Source: Hormoscilla sp. (GTDB lineage Bacteria; Cyanobacteriota; Cyanobacteriia; Cyanobacteriales; Desertifilaceae). Taken from it: a stretch of 64,000 nucleotides of DNA. Positions 48,950 to 59,296 of the stretch are shown here, piece by piece. Under the pieces are notes generated by a model. It did not search any database. It worked only from the letters and a program-made list of their open reading frames with translations, and was not told where the DNA came from. Position 1 is the first letter of the stretch. Each line of letters begins with the position of its first letter. The stretch is taken from the NCBI GenBank assembly GCA_051439505.1, contig JBFRWI010000160.1, positions 8,160 through 72,159 of the forward strand, written 5' to 3'. The position numbers and the translations under genes were made by a program.

Positions 48950-50680
48950 ATGAAAGTGTTTAATCGGATACATTTCAGGAATCTGCGCGGCGACATCTTC
49001 GGAGGTGTCACCGCCGCAGTTATCGCTCTACCAATGGCTCTAGCCTTCGGCGTCGCCTCGGGCGCTGGTCCAGCAGCCGGTCTTTACGGAGCCGTATTAG
49101 TGGGATTTTTTGCCGCCCTGTTCGGCGGCACCCCGACCTTGATTTCCGAACCAACCGGCCCCATGACCGTGGTAATGACAGCAGTGATCGCCTCTGTGAC
49201 TGCTGCTAACGAAGAAAATGGTTTCGCAATGGCCTTTACCGTGGTGATGCTGGCCGGGATCTTTCAGATCGTCTTCGGTTTATTGAAGTTGGGTAAGTAC
49301 ATTACCCTGATGCCCTACACCGTGATTTCGGGTTTCATGTCCGGAATTGGACTGATCATGATCTTTCTGCAGATCGGTCCTTTCCTGGGACAGGCCAACC
49401 CCAAGGGCGGCGTCATCGGGGTAATTAGCAACTTGCCCACCTTATTGCAAAATATGAATCCGGTCGAGACCGGTTTGGCAGGCTTGACAGTGGCCATTCT
49501 GTTCTTAACGCCGAAGCAAATGAAGCGGGTGATGCCGCCGCAACTGGTGGCATTAATCGTGGGGAGCATTGTTTCCCTGACGTTATTCGGGGATGTTGAT
49601 ATTCGACGGATTGGCGAGATCCCGACTGGTTTGCCCAGCTTGCAGATGCCTTTCTTTACGGTAGAGCAACTACAGACAATGTTAGTCGATGCTGTAGTGC
49701 TAGCAATGCTCGGTTGCATTGACGCTTTGCTAACCTCGGTGATCGCTGACAGCTTGACTCGTACCCAACATGACTCGGATAAAGAATTGATCGGTCAAGG
49801 TCTGGGGAACCTTGCTTCTGGGCTATTCGGAGGACTTCCTGGCGCAGGTGCGACCATGGGAACCGTGGTCAATATCCAAGGGGGTGCCAAAACTGCCCTA
49901 TCTGGCTTAACTCGCGCTGGCATCTTGCTGATTGTTGTCTTGTGGGCAGGGGGTTTGACCCAGAATATTCCCCTGGCAGTCCTCGCTGGTATCGCCCTCA
50001 AGGTCGGGATTGATATTATCGATTGGAGTTTCCTCAAGCGCGCTCATCAAGTCTCCATCAAGGCAGCCTTGATTATGTACGGGGTGATCGGACTGACCGT
50101 ATTTGTTGACTTGATTGCGGCTGTGGGGCTGGGAGTTTTCGTTGCTAATCTGTTGACGATTAAGCGCCTGACGGATATGCAATCTCAGGATGTCAAGACA
50201 GTTACCGATGCTGATGATGAAATCCTCTTGAATCCCGAAGAGAAACAACTACTCAATCAAGCTGACGGTCGCGTGCTTTTATTCCACCTCAGCGGTCCGA
50301 TGATCTTTGGGGTTTCTAAAGCTATCTCCCGCCAGCAAACAGCAATGAAAGACCACGACGTGCTGATTTTGGATCTGTCTGATGTGCCCTTGCTAGGGGT
50401 TACTTCTTCTCTGGCGATCGAGAATGCGATCAAAGAAGCTTGCGACAACGGTCGTCACGTCTTCATTGTCGGTGCCGCAGGCGATATCAAACGGCGGTTA
50501 GAAAAATTTGGTATTTTACAAATGTTACCCCCGCATCACCTGGTGATGGAGCGCAAGGACGCCCTCAAGCAAGCAGTTGCTTTGGTTAATGGCTATGATG
50601 CCAATGATACTCTCAATGGGTATTCGGGGATCAATGGTACTGCCTCCAGTCAGGATATAGTCAATGCCAATAACCTTTAA
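48950..50680 (+). CDS. bicA: Na+-dependent bicarbonate transporter BicA (SulP family)
   Basis: RGDIFGGVTAAVIALPMALAFG, ISEPTGPM, GAGATMGTVVN, C-terminal STAS domain; adjacent to nhaS3. Confidence 0.9.
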   Translation: MKVFNRIHFRNLRGDIFGGVTAAVIALPMALAFGVASGAGPAAGLYGAVLVGFFAALFGGTPTLISEPTGPMTVVMTAVIASVTAANEENGFAMAFTVVMLAGIFQIVFGLLKLGKYITLMPYTVISGFMSGIGLIMIFLQIGPFLGQANPKGGVIGVISNLPTLLQNMNPVETGLAGLTVAILFLTPKQMKRVMPPQLVALIVGSIVSLTLFGDVDIRRIGEIPTGLPSLQMPFFTVEQLQTMLVDAVVLAMLGCIDALLTSVIADSLTRTQHDSDKELIGQGLGNLASGLFGGLPGAGATMGTVVNIQGGAKTALSGLTRAGILLIVVLWAGGLTQNIPLAVLAGIALKVGIDIIDWSFLKRAHQVSIKAALIMYGVIGLTVFVDLIAAVGLGVFVANLLTIKRLTDMQSQDVKTVTDADDEILLNPEEKQLLNQADGRVLLFHLSGPMIFGVSKAISRQQTAMKDHDVLILDLSDVPLLGVTSSLAIENAIKEACDNGRHVFIVGAAGDIKRRLEKFGILQMLPPHHLVMERKDALKQAVALVNGYDANDTLNGYSGINGTASSQDIVNANNL

Positions 50681-51026
50681 TCTCCACGTTGCAGGCAACA
50701 GTGCTAGTAATTTAAGTATTTGCACCAGATAAAATGCTTTGTTATTGTCAAGTTGGTGGGAAAATATAATTGAGAACCCGCCAACCTGCCCCGGCAGCAA
50801 AACCGTAAAATTCTCGTTATTGAAGTGCGAACGGAAAAAACGGAAAAAACGGAAAAAACAGATTTTAATTTTATTTCTGCGAAATATCTGGGTTCAGACT
50901 AGCAAAGACCTATCGCTTTAGGGCAATAAAAAACCGAAATCATTGGATATCAGAGAGAAAAAAAGATTTGAAAAAGCCATAATTTGTGTTACAGTCAAAG
51001 AGAGTGTAAAATACCAGTAAAATAGG

Positions 51027-52427
51027 ATGAGTTTTTCAGCACCGATAATCAATATGGGGATATCTTCCCTACCATTGCCTCAGCTGCTGGCAACAGCAAC
51101 AGAGTCGGAACTTGGGCCGACGGTACTAGCCGGAGTCCTGCTAACTTTAGCGATCGTTTATATTGCCAGTAAAGTAGGCGGAGAGTTATCTAAATTGCTG
51201 GATTTGCCGCCGGTTTTAGGAGAATTAGTTGCCGGGGTGCTACTAGGTGCTTCAGTTTTGCATCTGCTGGTGTTTCCCGAAGGGGGCGCAACAGCTTCCG
51301 ACTCCCAAATAATGACAATTCTGCAATCCCTGGGCGGTCTGGATCTCGAAGCAGTCAGCTCTGTCTTCCAAAGTCAGAGTGAGGTAATCTCAGTTTTATC
51401 TGAACTGGGGGTGATCGTTCTCTTATTTGAAATTGGTCTGGAATCAGACTTAAGAGAATTAAAGGAAGTCGGCTACCAAGCAGCAGTTGTAGCTGTAGTC
51501 GGAGTAGCAGCACCTTTTGGTGCGGGCACGGCGGGGCTGATGCTATTGTTTGGTATACCTGCAATTCCGGCAATTTTTGCTGGGGCGGCCCTGACTGCTA
51601 CCAGTATCGGGATTACTTCTAAAGTTCTCTCAGAACTGGGACAGCTAAAATCTAAAGAAGGTCAGATTATTGTCGGGGCGGCGGTGATTGATGATGTCCT
51701 GGGTATCATCGTTTTGGCAGTGGTGGCCAGCTTGGCCAAAACTGGCGAAGTAGATGTAACCAACGTGATCTATTTGATTATCAGCGCCTGCGTCTTCCTG
51801 CTGGGTTCGATTTTCCTGGGCAATTTTTTCAACAAGAGTTTTGTGGCGATCGCGGATCGACTGCAAACCAGAGGACAATTAGTAATTCCCGCCTTAACCT
51901 TTGCCTTAATTATGGCATTCATTGCCAATGCTATCCATCTAGAAGCCATCTTGGGTGCCTTTGCAGCAGGTTTAGTGCTAGACGAGACAGACAAGCGCAA
52001 AGAATTGGATAAGCAGATAATTCCGATCGCCGATATCTTAGTACCGATTTTCTTCGTGACAGTAGGGGCAAAAGCAAATTTAGGGGTACTGAACCCGGCC
52101 ATTCCCGAAAATCGCGAAGGTTTAATTGTGGCCACCTTCTTAATGGTCGTGGCGATCGTCGGGAAAGTGATTACAGGTTGGACAGTATTTGGCAAGGGAC
52201 AAGTCAACCGCTTGGCGATCGGGATCGGCATGATACCCCGGGGGGAAGTGGGACTGGTATTTGCTGGCATTGGTTCGGCCAGTGGCGTACTCAGCGAATC
52301 TCTGGAAGCTGCTATTATCATTATGGTGATTCTCACCACCTTCTTAGCACCTCCGTTTTTACGGCTGACCTTTAAGGAACCCGCTGCTGTTGGAAAACCC
52401 ACCGAAGAAACCCAGAAGGTGAATTGA
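51027..52427 (+). CDS. nhaS3: Na+/H+ antiporter (CPA2, NhaS3-type)
   Basis: LLFEIGLESDL, TATSIGIT, AAVIDDVLG, GMIPRGEVGL. Confidence 0.88.
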   Translation: MSFSAPIINMGISSLPLPQLLATATESELGPTVLAGVLLTLAIVYIASKVGGELSKLLDLPPVLGELVAGVLLGASVLHLLVFPEGGATASDSQIMTILQSLGGLDLEAVSSVFQSQSEVISVLSELGVIVLLFEIGLESDLRELKEVGYQAAVVAVVGVAAPFGAGTAGLMLLFGIPAIPAIFAGAALTATSIGITSKVLSELGQLKSKEGQIIVGAAVIDDVLGIIVLAVVASLAKTGEVDVTNVIYLIISACVFLLGSIFLGNFFNKSFVAIADRLQTRGQLVIPALTFALIMAFIANAIHLEAILGAFAAGLVLDETDKRKELDKQIIPIADILVPIFFVTVGAKANLGVLNPAIPENREGLIVATFLMVVAIVGKVITGWTVFGKGQVNRLAIGIGMIPRGEVGLVFAGIGSASGVLSESLEAAIIIMVILTTFLAPPFLRLTFKEPAAVGKPTEETQKVN

Positions 52428-52740
52428 AATCACGCGATCGCTATTTTGTCGCCTAGAAACCCGGTTTCTCAAAGAAAAGAAACCGGGTTTCTGCATTCGA
52501 TGGGAATATGTCCGCAGCAAAAGTTAGGGGGATCCCCTGCACCGGGTACGCTGCATATTGGCGTCGCCGCCCGAACCCTAAAGGGTCCGGCTACATATAC
52601 AAAGCCCGCCTACGCGGGCTAGATTGTCAAACACCAGATGCACCCCCTGCACCTCTCTTGTAGTGGTCAATCCGGTAGTGATTTAACTACGGTCTTCCCT
52701 GGGTTTGGTGGCACGAAGATCGCGTGCTCGTGACCCACTA

Positions 52741-53142
52741 TTACCATCCGGGTATGGGGTCAAAAGTATTGGCCACTTTGAAATCTTTGGCACCCACTTC
52801 CTCGAACGAGAATTGAATGCGATACGGACGGGGAGCAGCCTTACAAGGGTCGGGTACAAGACGAATGAAGGTGGCAGTGGTCGGCTGGGATTTGTCCGAT
52901 ACGACTATGAAGTCCTCTTTCTTCGTGCAGCCCGTGCTCGTCACTATGATCGTGACTGTGCTTTCACTCACGTATAGTCCATGCAATGTTTCTATCTCGG
53001 CTGCTAAAGCCGTGGGAGCTGTGACACCTAACACTGCGGCTGCAGCAAAGAGCAGGGTCGCACCTACGAGTGCCAGTTTTGACAGTGCTTTCTTCAAGGG
53101 AAGAGCAGCTTGCTTGAGGCTGTTAACTGTTGTACTTAGCAT
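52741..53142 (-). CDS. Hypothetical secreted protein with a Cys pair
   Basis: Signal peptide ..PTALA-AE; TSTGCTKKEDF...RLVPDPCKA. Confidence 0.7.
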   Translation of the reverse strand: MLSTTVNSLKQAALPLKKALSKLALVGATLLFAAAAVLGVTAPTALAAEIETLHGLYVSESTVTIIVTSTGCTKKEDFIVVSDKSQPTTATFIRLVPDPCKAAPRPYRIQFSFEEVGAKDFKVANTFDPIPGW

Positions 53143-53499
53143 GATGTTTGAATTAATGAGTAGAGCGCAATCTTGGCCTTAACTTCAGGCGACAGGCATC
53201 CCCGAAGGGCCGGGCCAATGGGGGACTTCTTCGTCAGAAGAGCGAACCTTCGGGGGTCTCCTTCTCGCTTGGGGGTTCGGGGAACTTCAGAAGTCCTGCC
53301 CCAATAATAAGACGATTCGGCAGCCTCATATCTGATAAATTGGGAAAATTATTTTGAAAGCTCCGCAGCGAGAGGCTTTCACCATTAGCTCCGACACTTC
53401 AACTGGAGCGTCTGACAGCTTAAAAATGACAACTGACAGCTGACAGCCATCATCCGGTGAGTTGGTGCGACGCCCAATACTTCTCGGTTAAGAATAGGT

Positions 53500-53847
53500 T
53501 GTCATTGCGAGGGGGGGGTAAGTACATAGGCAAAATTATTTTGCTATTTTCGCCCTTGGGTCAATTTCGGAGCATTTAAATCCCTGAAAGCCTTATGGGA
53601 TAAGGCTGGAGAGCCATAATTTACATGTGCGATCGCCCCCTGGCAGAAATCTCAAAATAATTTTGCACAACTACTTACGTAGCGATTAACTTCTGTACCA
53701 ATTGAGTTAACCCCCCCGAAGCAATCCCCCGCCCAGTATTATATGAATAACACGAGGAGCGTCATCGGTGAGATTGCTAGTGCTCCTGCGTCGCACCGCT
53801 GCGCTAACGGGGGGTCTGCGGGCGGCGAGCCCCCCTCGCAATGACAG
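53500..53847. mobile_element. TGTCATTGCGAG palindromic element carrying nested insertions
   Basis: Same ends as 5481-5645 but expanded by internal inserts. Confidence 0.7.
53519..53677. mobile_element. MITE with imperfect terminal inverted repeats and TA duplication (IS630/Tc1-like)
   Basis: TAAGTAcataggCAAAATTATTTTG ... CAAAATAATTTTGcacaacTACTTA; the empty-site copy at ~5501 has a single TA after the G run. Confidence 0.7.
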
Positions 53848-53881
53848 GTTGTATCCCTTGAAGTATTGGGTGCAACGCCAT

Positions 53882-54211
53882 CTAATCATCACGGACATGG
53901 TGGTGCGATCGGGCGTCATTTACTCTAGCATCGAAGCTTGCCATGGCTTCGGCCAATCGATGGAGATTTGCCTGAGAGCGATGATAGTTTACCAGGAATG
54001 TCTCCATGGCACTAATGCAAGCCTCCCTCGTGTTAGCAATTAAGGCTTCGTAATGCTCCGGTGTCAGCATATAGGCCACGGTTTCGCCATTACGGATAAT
54101 CAGCAGATCTGACTCCTTGACCATCTCGGTTATCTTGGCAGTGTTTTTAAGATCGGTTATTTTAACATGCTGCATGGGGAAGTTGGGGTCTTTAACAACG
54201 TTGCTGGCCAT
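53882..54211 (-). CDS. Phd/YefM-like orphan antitoxin or hypothetical protein
   Basis: VKITDLKNTAKITEMVKESDLLIIRNGETVAYMLTPEHYEAL. Confidence 0.6.
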   Translation of the reverse strand: MASNVVKDPNFPMQHVKITDLKNTAKITEMVKESDLLIIRNGETVAYMLTPEHYEALIANTREACISAMETFLVNYHRSQANLHRLAEAMASFDARVNDARSHHHVRDD

Positions 54212-54272
54212 AGAAATCGTATAATTTGGATATTTCACTTGTAATGACGCTTAGTTTGGCGATTAATTTCCC

Positions 54273-54809
54273 TTAACCGGCTCCCGGGGGCCAGGTAGTG
54301 AACAAGAAAACCACAACAGCAGAGATCGCCAACAAGCCCTCAATCACGTTTCCCACGAGGGAACCCACGACAATGCCAATTCCGGCTCTAAAGGCGAGCT
54401 TAATTCGCGGCTCGAACTCCAAATTCTTGCGGTAGATAAACTCGCCAATAAATGCCCCCAACAGGGGTCCGACCAACATTCCCACCAAGGGTCCGCCAAA
54501 GGGCAAAGCTGGCAACAACCCTAAAATTCCTAGCACTAAGCCGATGGTCGCCCCCATTTGCCCCCATTTGCTAGCACCTGCCTGTTTTGCTCCCACATAA
54601 GTTGCCACAAAATCAGTTCCCATACTTAGCACCAACACTACGAAAGCAACTCCCAGGGCCCAGCTGACCGTGCCAAAACCAGTCAGCCAGCCCCAAATGG
54701 CGATCGCCGTTAAAATCAAGATGGCTCCGGGAAGAGCGGGAACAAATGACCCGACAATGCCCACAAACATGACCGCCACTAACAGCCAATAAATAACTAC
54801 TGTACTCAT
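54273..54809 (-). CDS. DUF456 family membrane protein
   Basis: GIVGSFVPALPG, GAKQAGASKWG, GPLLGAFIGE. Confidence 0.88.
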   Translation of the reverse strand: MSTVVIYWLLVAVMFVGIVGSFVPALPGAILILTAIAIWGWLTGFGTVSWALGVAFVVLVLSMGTDFVATYVGAKQAGASKWGQMGATIGLVLGILGLLPALPFGGPLVGMLVGPLLGAFIGEFIYRKNLEFEPRIKLAFRAGIGIVVGSLVGNVIEGLLAISAVVVFLFTTWPPGAG

Positions 54810-54876
54810 GTTTCAGTTTGTTTCATCACTTAAATTGCGACTACGCTGTCGCGCAGTTAAATTGCATCGGCCCAAG

Positions 54877-55004
54877 GGGTGTGGTCAAAAGTAGTTGATA
54901 GCTGGGTGCGGACGCTCGATGCCTGATAGCCCGCGCAGGCGGGCTTAGTTCGAGTAGCCGGGCCCTTTAGGGTTCGGGCTACCAACTGGCGCAAGACCAC
55001 ACCC
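54877..55004. mobile_element. 128-bp MITE with GGGTGTGGTC terminal inverted repeats and a 9-bp target-site duplication
   Basis: cggcccaag at 54868-54876 and again at 55005-55013; contains a nested REP-like hairpin. Confidence 0.8.
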
Positions 55005-55029
55005 CGGCCCAAGAGCTGAAACTCATGCT

Positions 55030-55716
55030 CTAAGGGGCTTTCCCAATTTTGAATTCTGAATTTTGAATTTTGAATTGCTTAAGGGTGTCTGCTAGTTTAT
55101 CAGCAATTCCCTCTATCCATTTTTCATCCTGACGGGTATAGGAGCGCGGGGCATTTGCTGCCAAGATCAGCACCCCCTCTTTGCCGATGGGTTGACAAAT
55201 TACCCCTTGCGTGTTAATAGGTAAATAATCAAATTCAATTTTGCCAGGATAAAGCTTCAGGTTCACCAGGTAGACGGGTTTTTGCTTGTCGAGAACCCGT
55301 TGGACGATCGGGCCGGGTTGGACTTGAGCCGATGGGCCCAGGATACCGCGACGCAAGAGCACCTTTCCTCGATAATAGACCAGGAGCGATCGGGTGGCGG
55401 TATTGGTCAGCAACAGACTGGAAGCCCAAGCAAGTTCGGTTTTCACCATCTCTGGTAACTCTAATGCTAACTCAAAACCCTCTTCACCCACTAGCTGCAC
55501 GGCATCAGGAGTTTTGGGCTGTACCTGCTGCCAAAGCAGACCTGTTAAGATCAGCACCGCACTAATAATCACCCCCAAGGCATCAGAACGGGTCTGCCAA
55601 GTTGTCAGCTGGGCGGTGGCTAAGCGGTTAATCATCAACAGCGTACCCCCGAGGGCACCTACCCAGATGGGCATCAGCCGCAATAGATAATTTGGATCTG
55701 GTTTTCTAGAAGTCAT
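55030..55716 (-). CDS. Cofactor assembly of complex C subunit B (CCB2/CCB4 family)
   Basis: RSDALGVIISAVLILTGLLWQ, ELAWASSLLLTNT, YLPINTQGVICQP; the C-terminus runs into AATTCA(A/G)A heptamer repeats. Confidence 0.85.
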   Translation of the reverse strand: MTSRKPDPNYLLRLMPIWVGALGGTLLMINRLATAQLTTWQTRSDALGVIISAVLILTGLLWQQVQPKTPDAVQLVGEEGFELALELPEMVKTELAWASSLLLTNTATRSLLVYYRGKVLLRRGILGPSAQVQPGPIVQRVLDKQKPVYLVNLKLYPGKIEFDYLPINTQGVICQPIGKEGVLILAANAPRSYTRQDEKWIEGIADKLADTLKQFKIQNSEFKIGKAP

Positions 55717-55871
55717 TCCCATTGAGAAAGGCGATCGCACTCACTTCTCTTTTATCGCAAAATTATCTATAATCACAACCCATCAGGGTTCTGGCTTGGG
55801 GAGAGGCTCTATATGCGTGGTTCTTCCACCGACACCGAACCAGGTGAAGTTGTTTGACGGGAGCATGAAAG

Positions 55872-57164
55872 ATGTTAGAGTTGCTGACCTCCGGGGTAAT
55901 TCATCTGTGGCTAGATCTGGCGGGAGTGAAGACTGAGCCTGAGAACTTGCTAGTCTGGCAGCAGACAACGCAGTTCGTATTACCCAGCCAGTCAGAAAAA
56001 ATCGACCGGATATTGCAGCCATACCTAGCTGACTGGGACAGACATGGTTTGGGTAAAGCACAGCAGGGAGTGTGGATACAGTCTGGCTATCAGCTGCTGG
56101 CTAGTAACGAAGGGGATACTCCCCTGCCAGCAGCGTCTTTGACCAAGATAGCGACGACGCTGGCCGCTTTGAAAACCTGGCATCCACATCACCAGTTTGA
56201 AACTAGGCTCTGCGGCACTGGACCAGTTCAAGATGGGGTGTTGCAGGGAGATTTGGTGGTGAGTGGCGATGGAGATCCCTCCTTTATCTGGTCCGAGGCG
56301 ATCGCCCTTGGGGTAGCGCTGAATAAAAAGGGCATCACCCGGGTAACTGGCAACCTGGTGATTACCGAAAAATTCTCCATGAATTACAAATCCGAGCCTG
56401 GGGTAGCTGGTAAAATGCTGCTCAAAGCCATGAACCCCAAGCTCTGGTCCTGGGAAATTAAAAATAGCTATTGGCAATTACCACCAGATACACCTCAACC
56501 GCAAGTAAAAATTGACGGGTTAGTGCTTGTGCCCAGCAACAATGTGCCCGATGGAGACTGTTTGCTGCGGCGAAAATCCATGCCGCTGATGGAAATTCTC
56601 AAGCAGATGAATGTCCATAGCAATAATGAGCTATCAGAGGCGATCGCTCTCCGGTTGGGCGGCCCTGCTGAGGTGAGAAAACTGGCGGCTCAAGCGGCGG
56701 GGGTTCCGATGGCAGAAATTCAGCTTGTTAATGGTTCGGGACTGGGGGAAGAAAATCGCATTTCTGCCCGGGCGGCGGTGGCCATGTTAATGGCTATTCA
56801 ACAGGAACTAAGCAGTTATCAGCTCAATATTGCTGACTTTTTTCCTGTTGCTGGGCGCGATCGGGGGGGCACTCTCTGGGGTCGCCTGACTCCAACTCAT
56901 ACTGTAGCGAAGACGGGTACTCTGCGCCATGTCAGTTCTTTAGCTGGGGTCTTGCCCACCCGCGATCGGGGTTTAGTCTGGTTTGCGATCGTCAACCGGG
57001 GTTGGGATCTCCATACCTTCCGGGCGCAACAAGATCAATTGTTGCAAGAGTTGGTCAAAGAATGGGGTGTTGCACCTGCCTTACCAGAGGCGATCGCGCG
57101 TCATGCTGTCTTTACGGGCGATCGGGTCAAGATCGGGGCTTTAGGACGCAATGAAATCTTTTAA
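55872..57164 (+). CDS. dacB: D-alanyl-D-alanine carboxypeptidase (peptidase S13, PBP4-like)
   Basis: PAASLTK (SxxK), HSNN (SxN), AKTGTL, NGSGL. Confidence 0.9.
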   Translation: MLELLTSGVIHLWLDLAGVKTEPENLLVWQQTTQFVLPSQSEKIDRILQPYLADWDRHGLGKAQQGVWIQSGYQLLASNEGDTPLPAASLTKIATTLAALKTWHPHHQFETRLCGTGPVQDGVLQGDLVVSGDGDPSFIWSEAIALGVALNKKGITRVTGNLVITEKFSMNYKSEPGVAGKMLLKAMNPKLWSWEIKNSYWQLPPDTPQPQVKIDGLVLVPSNNVPDGDCLLRRKSMPLMEILKQMNVHSNNELSEAIALRLGGPAEVRKLAAQAAGVPMAEIQLVNGSGLGEENRISARAAVAMLMAIQQELSSYQLNIADFFPVAGRDRGGTLWGRLTPTHTVAKTGTLRHVSSLAGVLPTRDRGLVWFAIVNRGWDLHTFRAQQDQLLQELVKEWGVAPALPEAIARHAVFTGDRVKIGALGRNEIF

Positions 57165-57366
57165 TCCTCTGATTTTACTATCGATTATCTGATATTCTTA
57201 GGAACATGTTTGACAGATTAACTGCCAAGCTCGTTCGACATCGCTCAGTTGTTGCTTGCCCAATAGATATGCGCAATGTCAGTTTGCCATCGGGCTTTGT
57301 AAAAGATCTATGTTGCCGATCGCCCAGGGACTGGGCAGCAGTGTCACCTGCTATATGGGCGATCGG

Positions 57367-57615
57367 CTAAATCAATTCTGCCATCAACAACCGTCCTTCA
57401 ACTCTTTCATATTCATCTTCTAGCAACCACAGTTTCGCCTCTTGATAGCTAGAACTTGCGAAGACAATCTTATAGCCTTCAGTCGGGTCAAAAATACAAA
57501 AATTACTCTCATCATCTCCCAATAACATTAACACATAGGGAGGAACAGAAGTTGGATCTACCCAGATTTCCGTAAAGTTCCAGTTATTCGCTAGGTCTGG
57601 TGCGGGGGATAACAT
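57367..57615 (-). CDS. Small cyanobacterial hypothetical protein
   Basis: WNFTEIWVDPTSVPPYVLMLLGD..FDPTEGYKIVF..AKLWLLEDEYERVEGRL; partial second copy at 59175-59278. Confidence 0.7.
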   Translation of the reverse strand: MLSPAPDLANNWNFTEIWVDPTSVPPYVLMLLGDDESNFCIFDPTEGYKIVFASSSYQEAKLWLLEDEYERVEGRLLMAELI

Positions 57616-58606
57616 GATATTTGTCTTCACAAATCATTTCTGCTTTTATTCTATAACGCACCGGTCATAGGGCATCGATGGTGGACACCAAGCCTACAGG
57701 CGATCTCCCCATACACCCGGCGGATCTGCGCGTCAGCGCTCTGGTCCGCTCCCGTAATGCACCGGTCATAGCGCATCAATGGCGGAAAATGCATGTTGAA
57801 AACCTGAATGGGTCTCCATGGTTTTTGGTGATAAGTAAAACTCTTAACTAATTACACAAAATTAAGGCTTTCAGCCTTTTTGATTGCATAAAATGTATAC
57901 CACAATACATTTACCACTAGAAATCCAGGAGATCCACCTGAATGGTGCGGTCCCGAGGCGGAAAAATCATGTCTTTTACCTCAATAGCGCGGTCATTGCG
58001 AACGCAGAAACCCTTGCAGCGTAAGCAATTGCAGGGCTTTTTATATAATACTGAGTCGTTTAACTAGGTAACCCCCACTTCTCCCAACGTCATGAAAATG
58101 CTATAATGAATGTAGAGGCAAAGATGGAGATAATGTTGAGTCCTACGACGAGACAGTCCACTTTCCTCCCTGTCCTATCTTTAGCAGTCATGCACATGCT
58201 ATAATATAGAAGAAGTCTAGGGAGAGATTTGCCCACTGGCTAAGCAAAAAATGGTTTATAGCAAGGTCTAAATGAATTGTGTACTCGGGGATTGCTCAAA
58301 TCCTTACCCAGTAATGTTTTCAGCTGCGAGCCCCCCCTGACTTGTTTACACAAATTATTTAGCGCAGCTATAATTTCCGAAATCTTATCCCGGACAAGGG
58401 TAGGTAACTAATGTACAGCATGAGGAGGAAGGAGAATAACCGGTGAAAAATATGACAGTGCCATGAGAGATTAATTTAGATCTCCCGATTAAGATGATCT
58501 GCAATTCATTTTTGTTCTTTGTCAAGCTAGGCAACCATCAATTTCAAGCAGTCCGTTTAAGGCGGGCGATTGCTGACTTAGTTGTGTAGTCAATCAATGA
58601 ACAATA

Positions 58607-58921
58607 ATGAACATTAAAAAATTGCGATCTGGTGCAGTTAAGTCCATCAAGGCTGTCAACAAGTTCTGGGAAGATATTAACAAGAAATTTCCAGAGCTGT
58701 CCAAATTAGTGAATGAATTAATCTTTTTGGCGTTCTTTTGCCAAATTGATCCGGGGTCTGAACTACCAATCAGGTCTAGGCTAAATCTTCTCCTGTGGAG
58801 CTTTTGGCTTGTAGTTCGGCTTATAAACCCTATTTGGCAGCGCTTCCAAAAGGATGAAGTGGATAATCAAGAAGAAAAGAAGGAGGTTGATAATGGGAAA
58901 GGAAGAATAAATAAATTATAA
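58607..58921 (+). CDS. Hypothetical protein (AT-rich, two hydrophobic segments)
   Basis: 104-aa ORF between an upstream hairpin and a downstream terminator-like hairpin. Confidence 0.5.
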   Translation: MNIKKLRSGAVKSIKAVNKFWEDINKKFPELSKLVNELIFLAFFCQIDPGSELPIRSRLNLLLWSFWLVVRLINPIWQRFQKDEVDNQEEKKEVDNGKGRINKL

Positions 58922-58951
58922 ATTTCGGATAATTGTACGATTGGTATTGGG

Positions 58952-58989
58952 TAAGGCTACCGCTACGGTTGTAGGGGTAGCCTTATTTT
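58952..58989 (+). terminator. Rho-independent terminator-like hairpin
   Basis: taaggctacc-gctacggttgtagg-ggtagcctta followed by a T run. Confidence 0.6.
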
Positions 58990-59174
58990 ATGCTATGCTC
59001 CAGTTTAGCTGTGATGCATCTAAATTGCATATTGACAAATTGTATTTTCACTGACCCCACTTAGCTATTGCTTTATGGTTCAGGTTTTGACTCTTCAACC
59101 ATAACACCTCCATCTTCCGACGAACTCTCGGGTTTGGATGATAATATGTTAAATAATTCAGTTGTTCTTTTTCC
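58990..59174 (-). mobile_element. IS630-family transposase remnant
   Basis: EEKEQLNYLTYYHPNPRVRRKMEVLWLKSQNLNHKAIAK, then a frameshift to GVSENTICQY; matches the N-terminal HTH of cyanobacterial IS630 transposases. Confidence 0.7.
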
Positions 59175-59296
59175 TCATCTCCCAATAACATTAACACATA
59201 TGGAGGAACCGAAGTTGGATCTACCCAGACTTCAGTAAATCCCCAGTTATTGCCTAAATCTGGTGCGGTTGATAACACGATCTTTGTCTCTACAAA

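Noticed and set aside
50830..50859. acggaaaaa x3 between bicA and nhaS3
   Set aside because: Simple short tandem repeat typical of filamentous cyanobacteria, with no evidence of function.
53186..53302. Hammerhead ribozyme or glycine riboswitch
   Set aside because: CUGACGA is present on the minus strand, but the GAAA core and the glycine-aptamer consensus are not; kept only as an unidentified structured candidate.
57656..57790. 28-bp direct repeat gcaccggtcatag(g/c)gcatc(g/a)atgg(t/c)gga
   Set aside because: Only two copies with no coherent ORF or array; cannot be interpreted.
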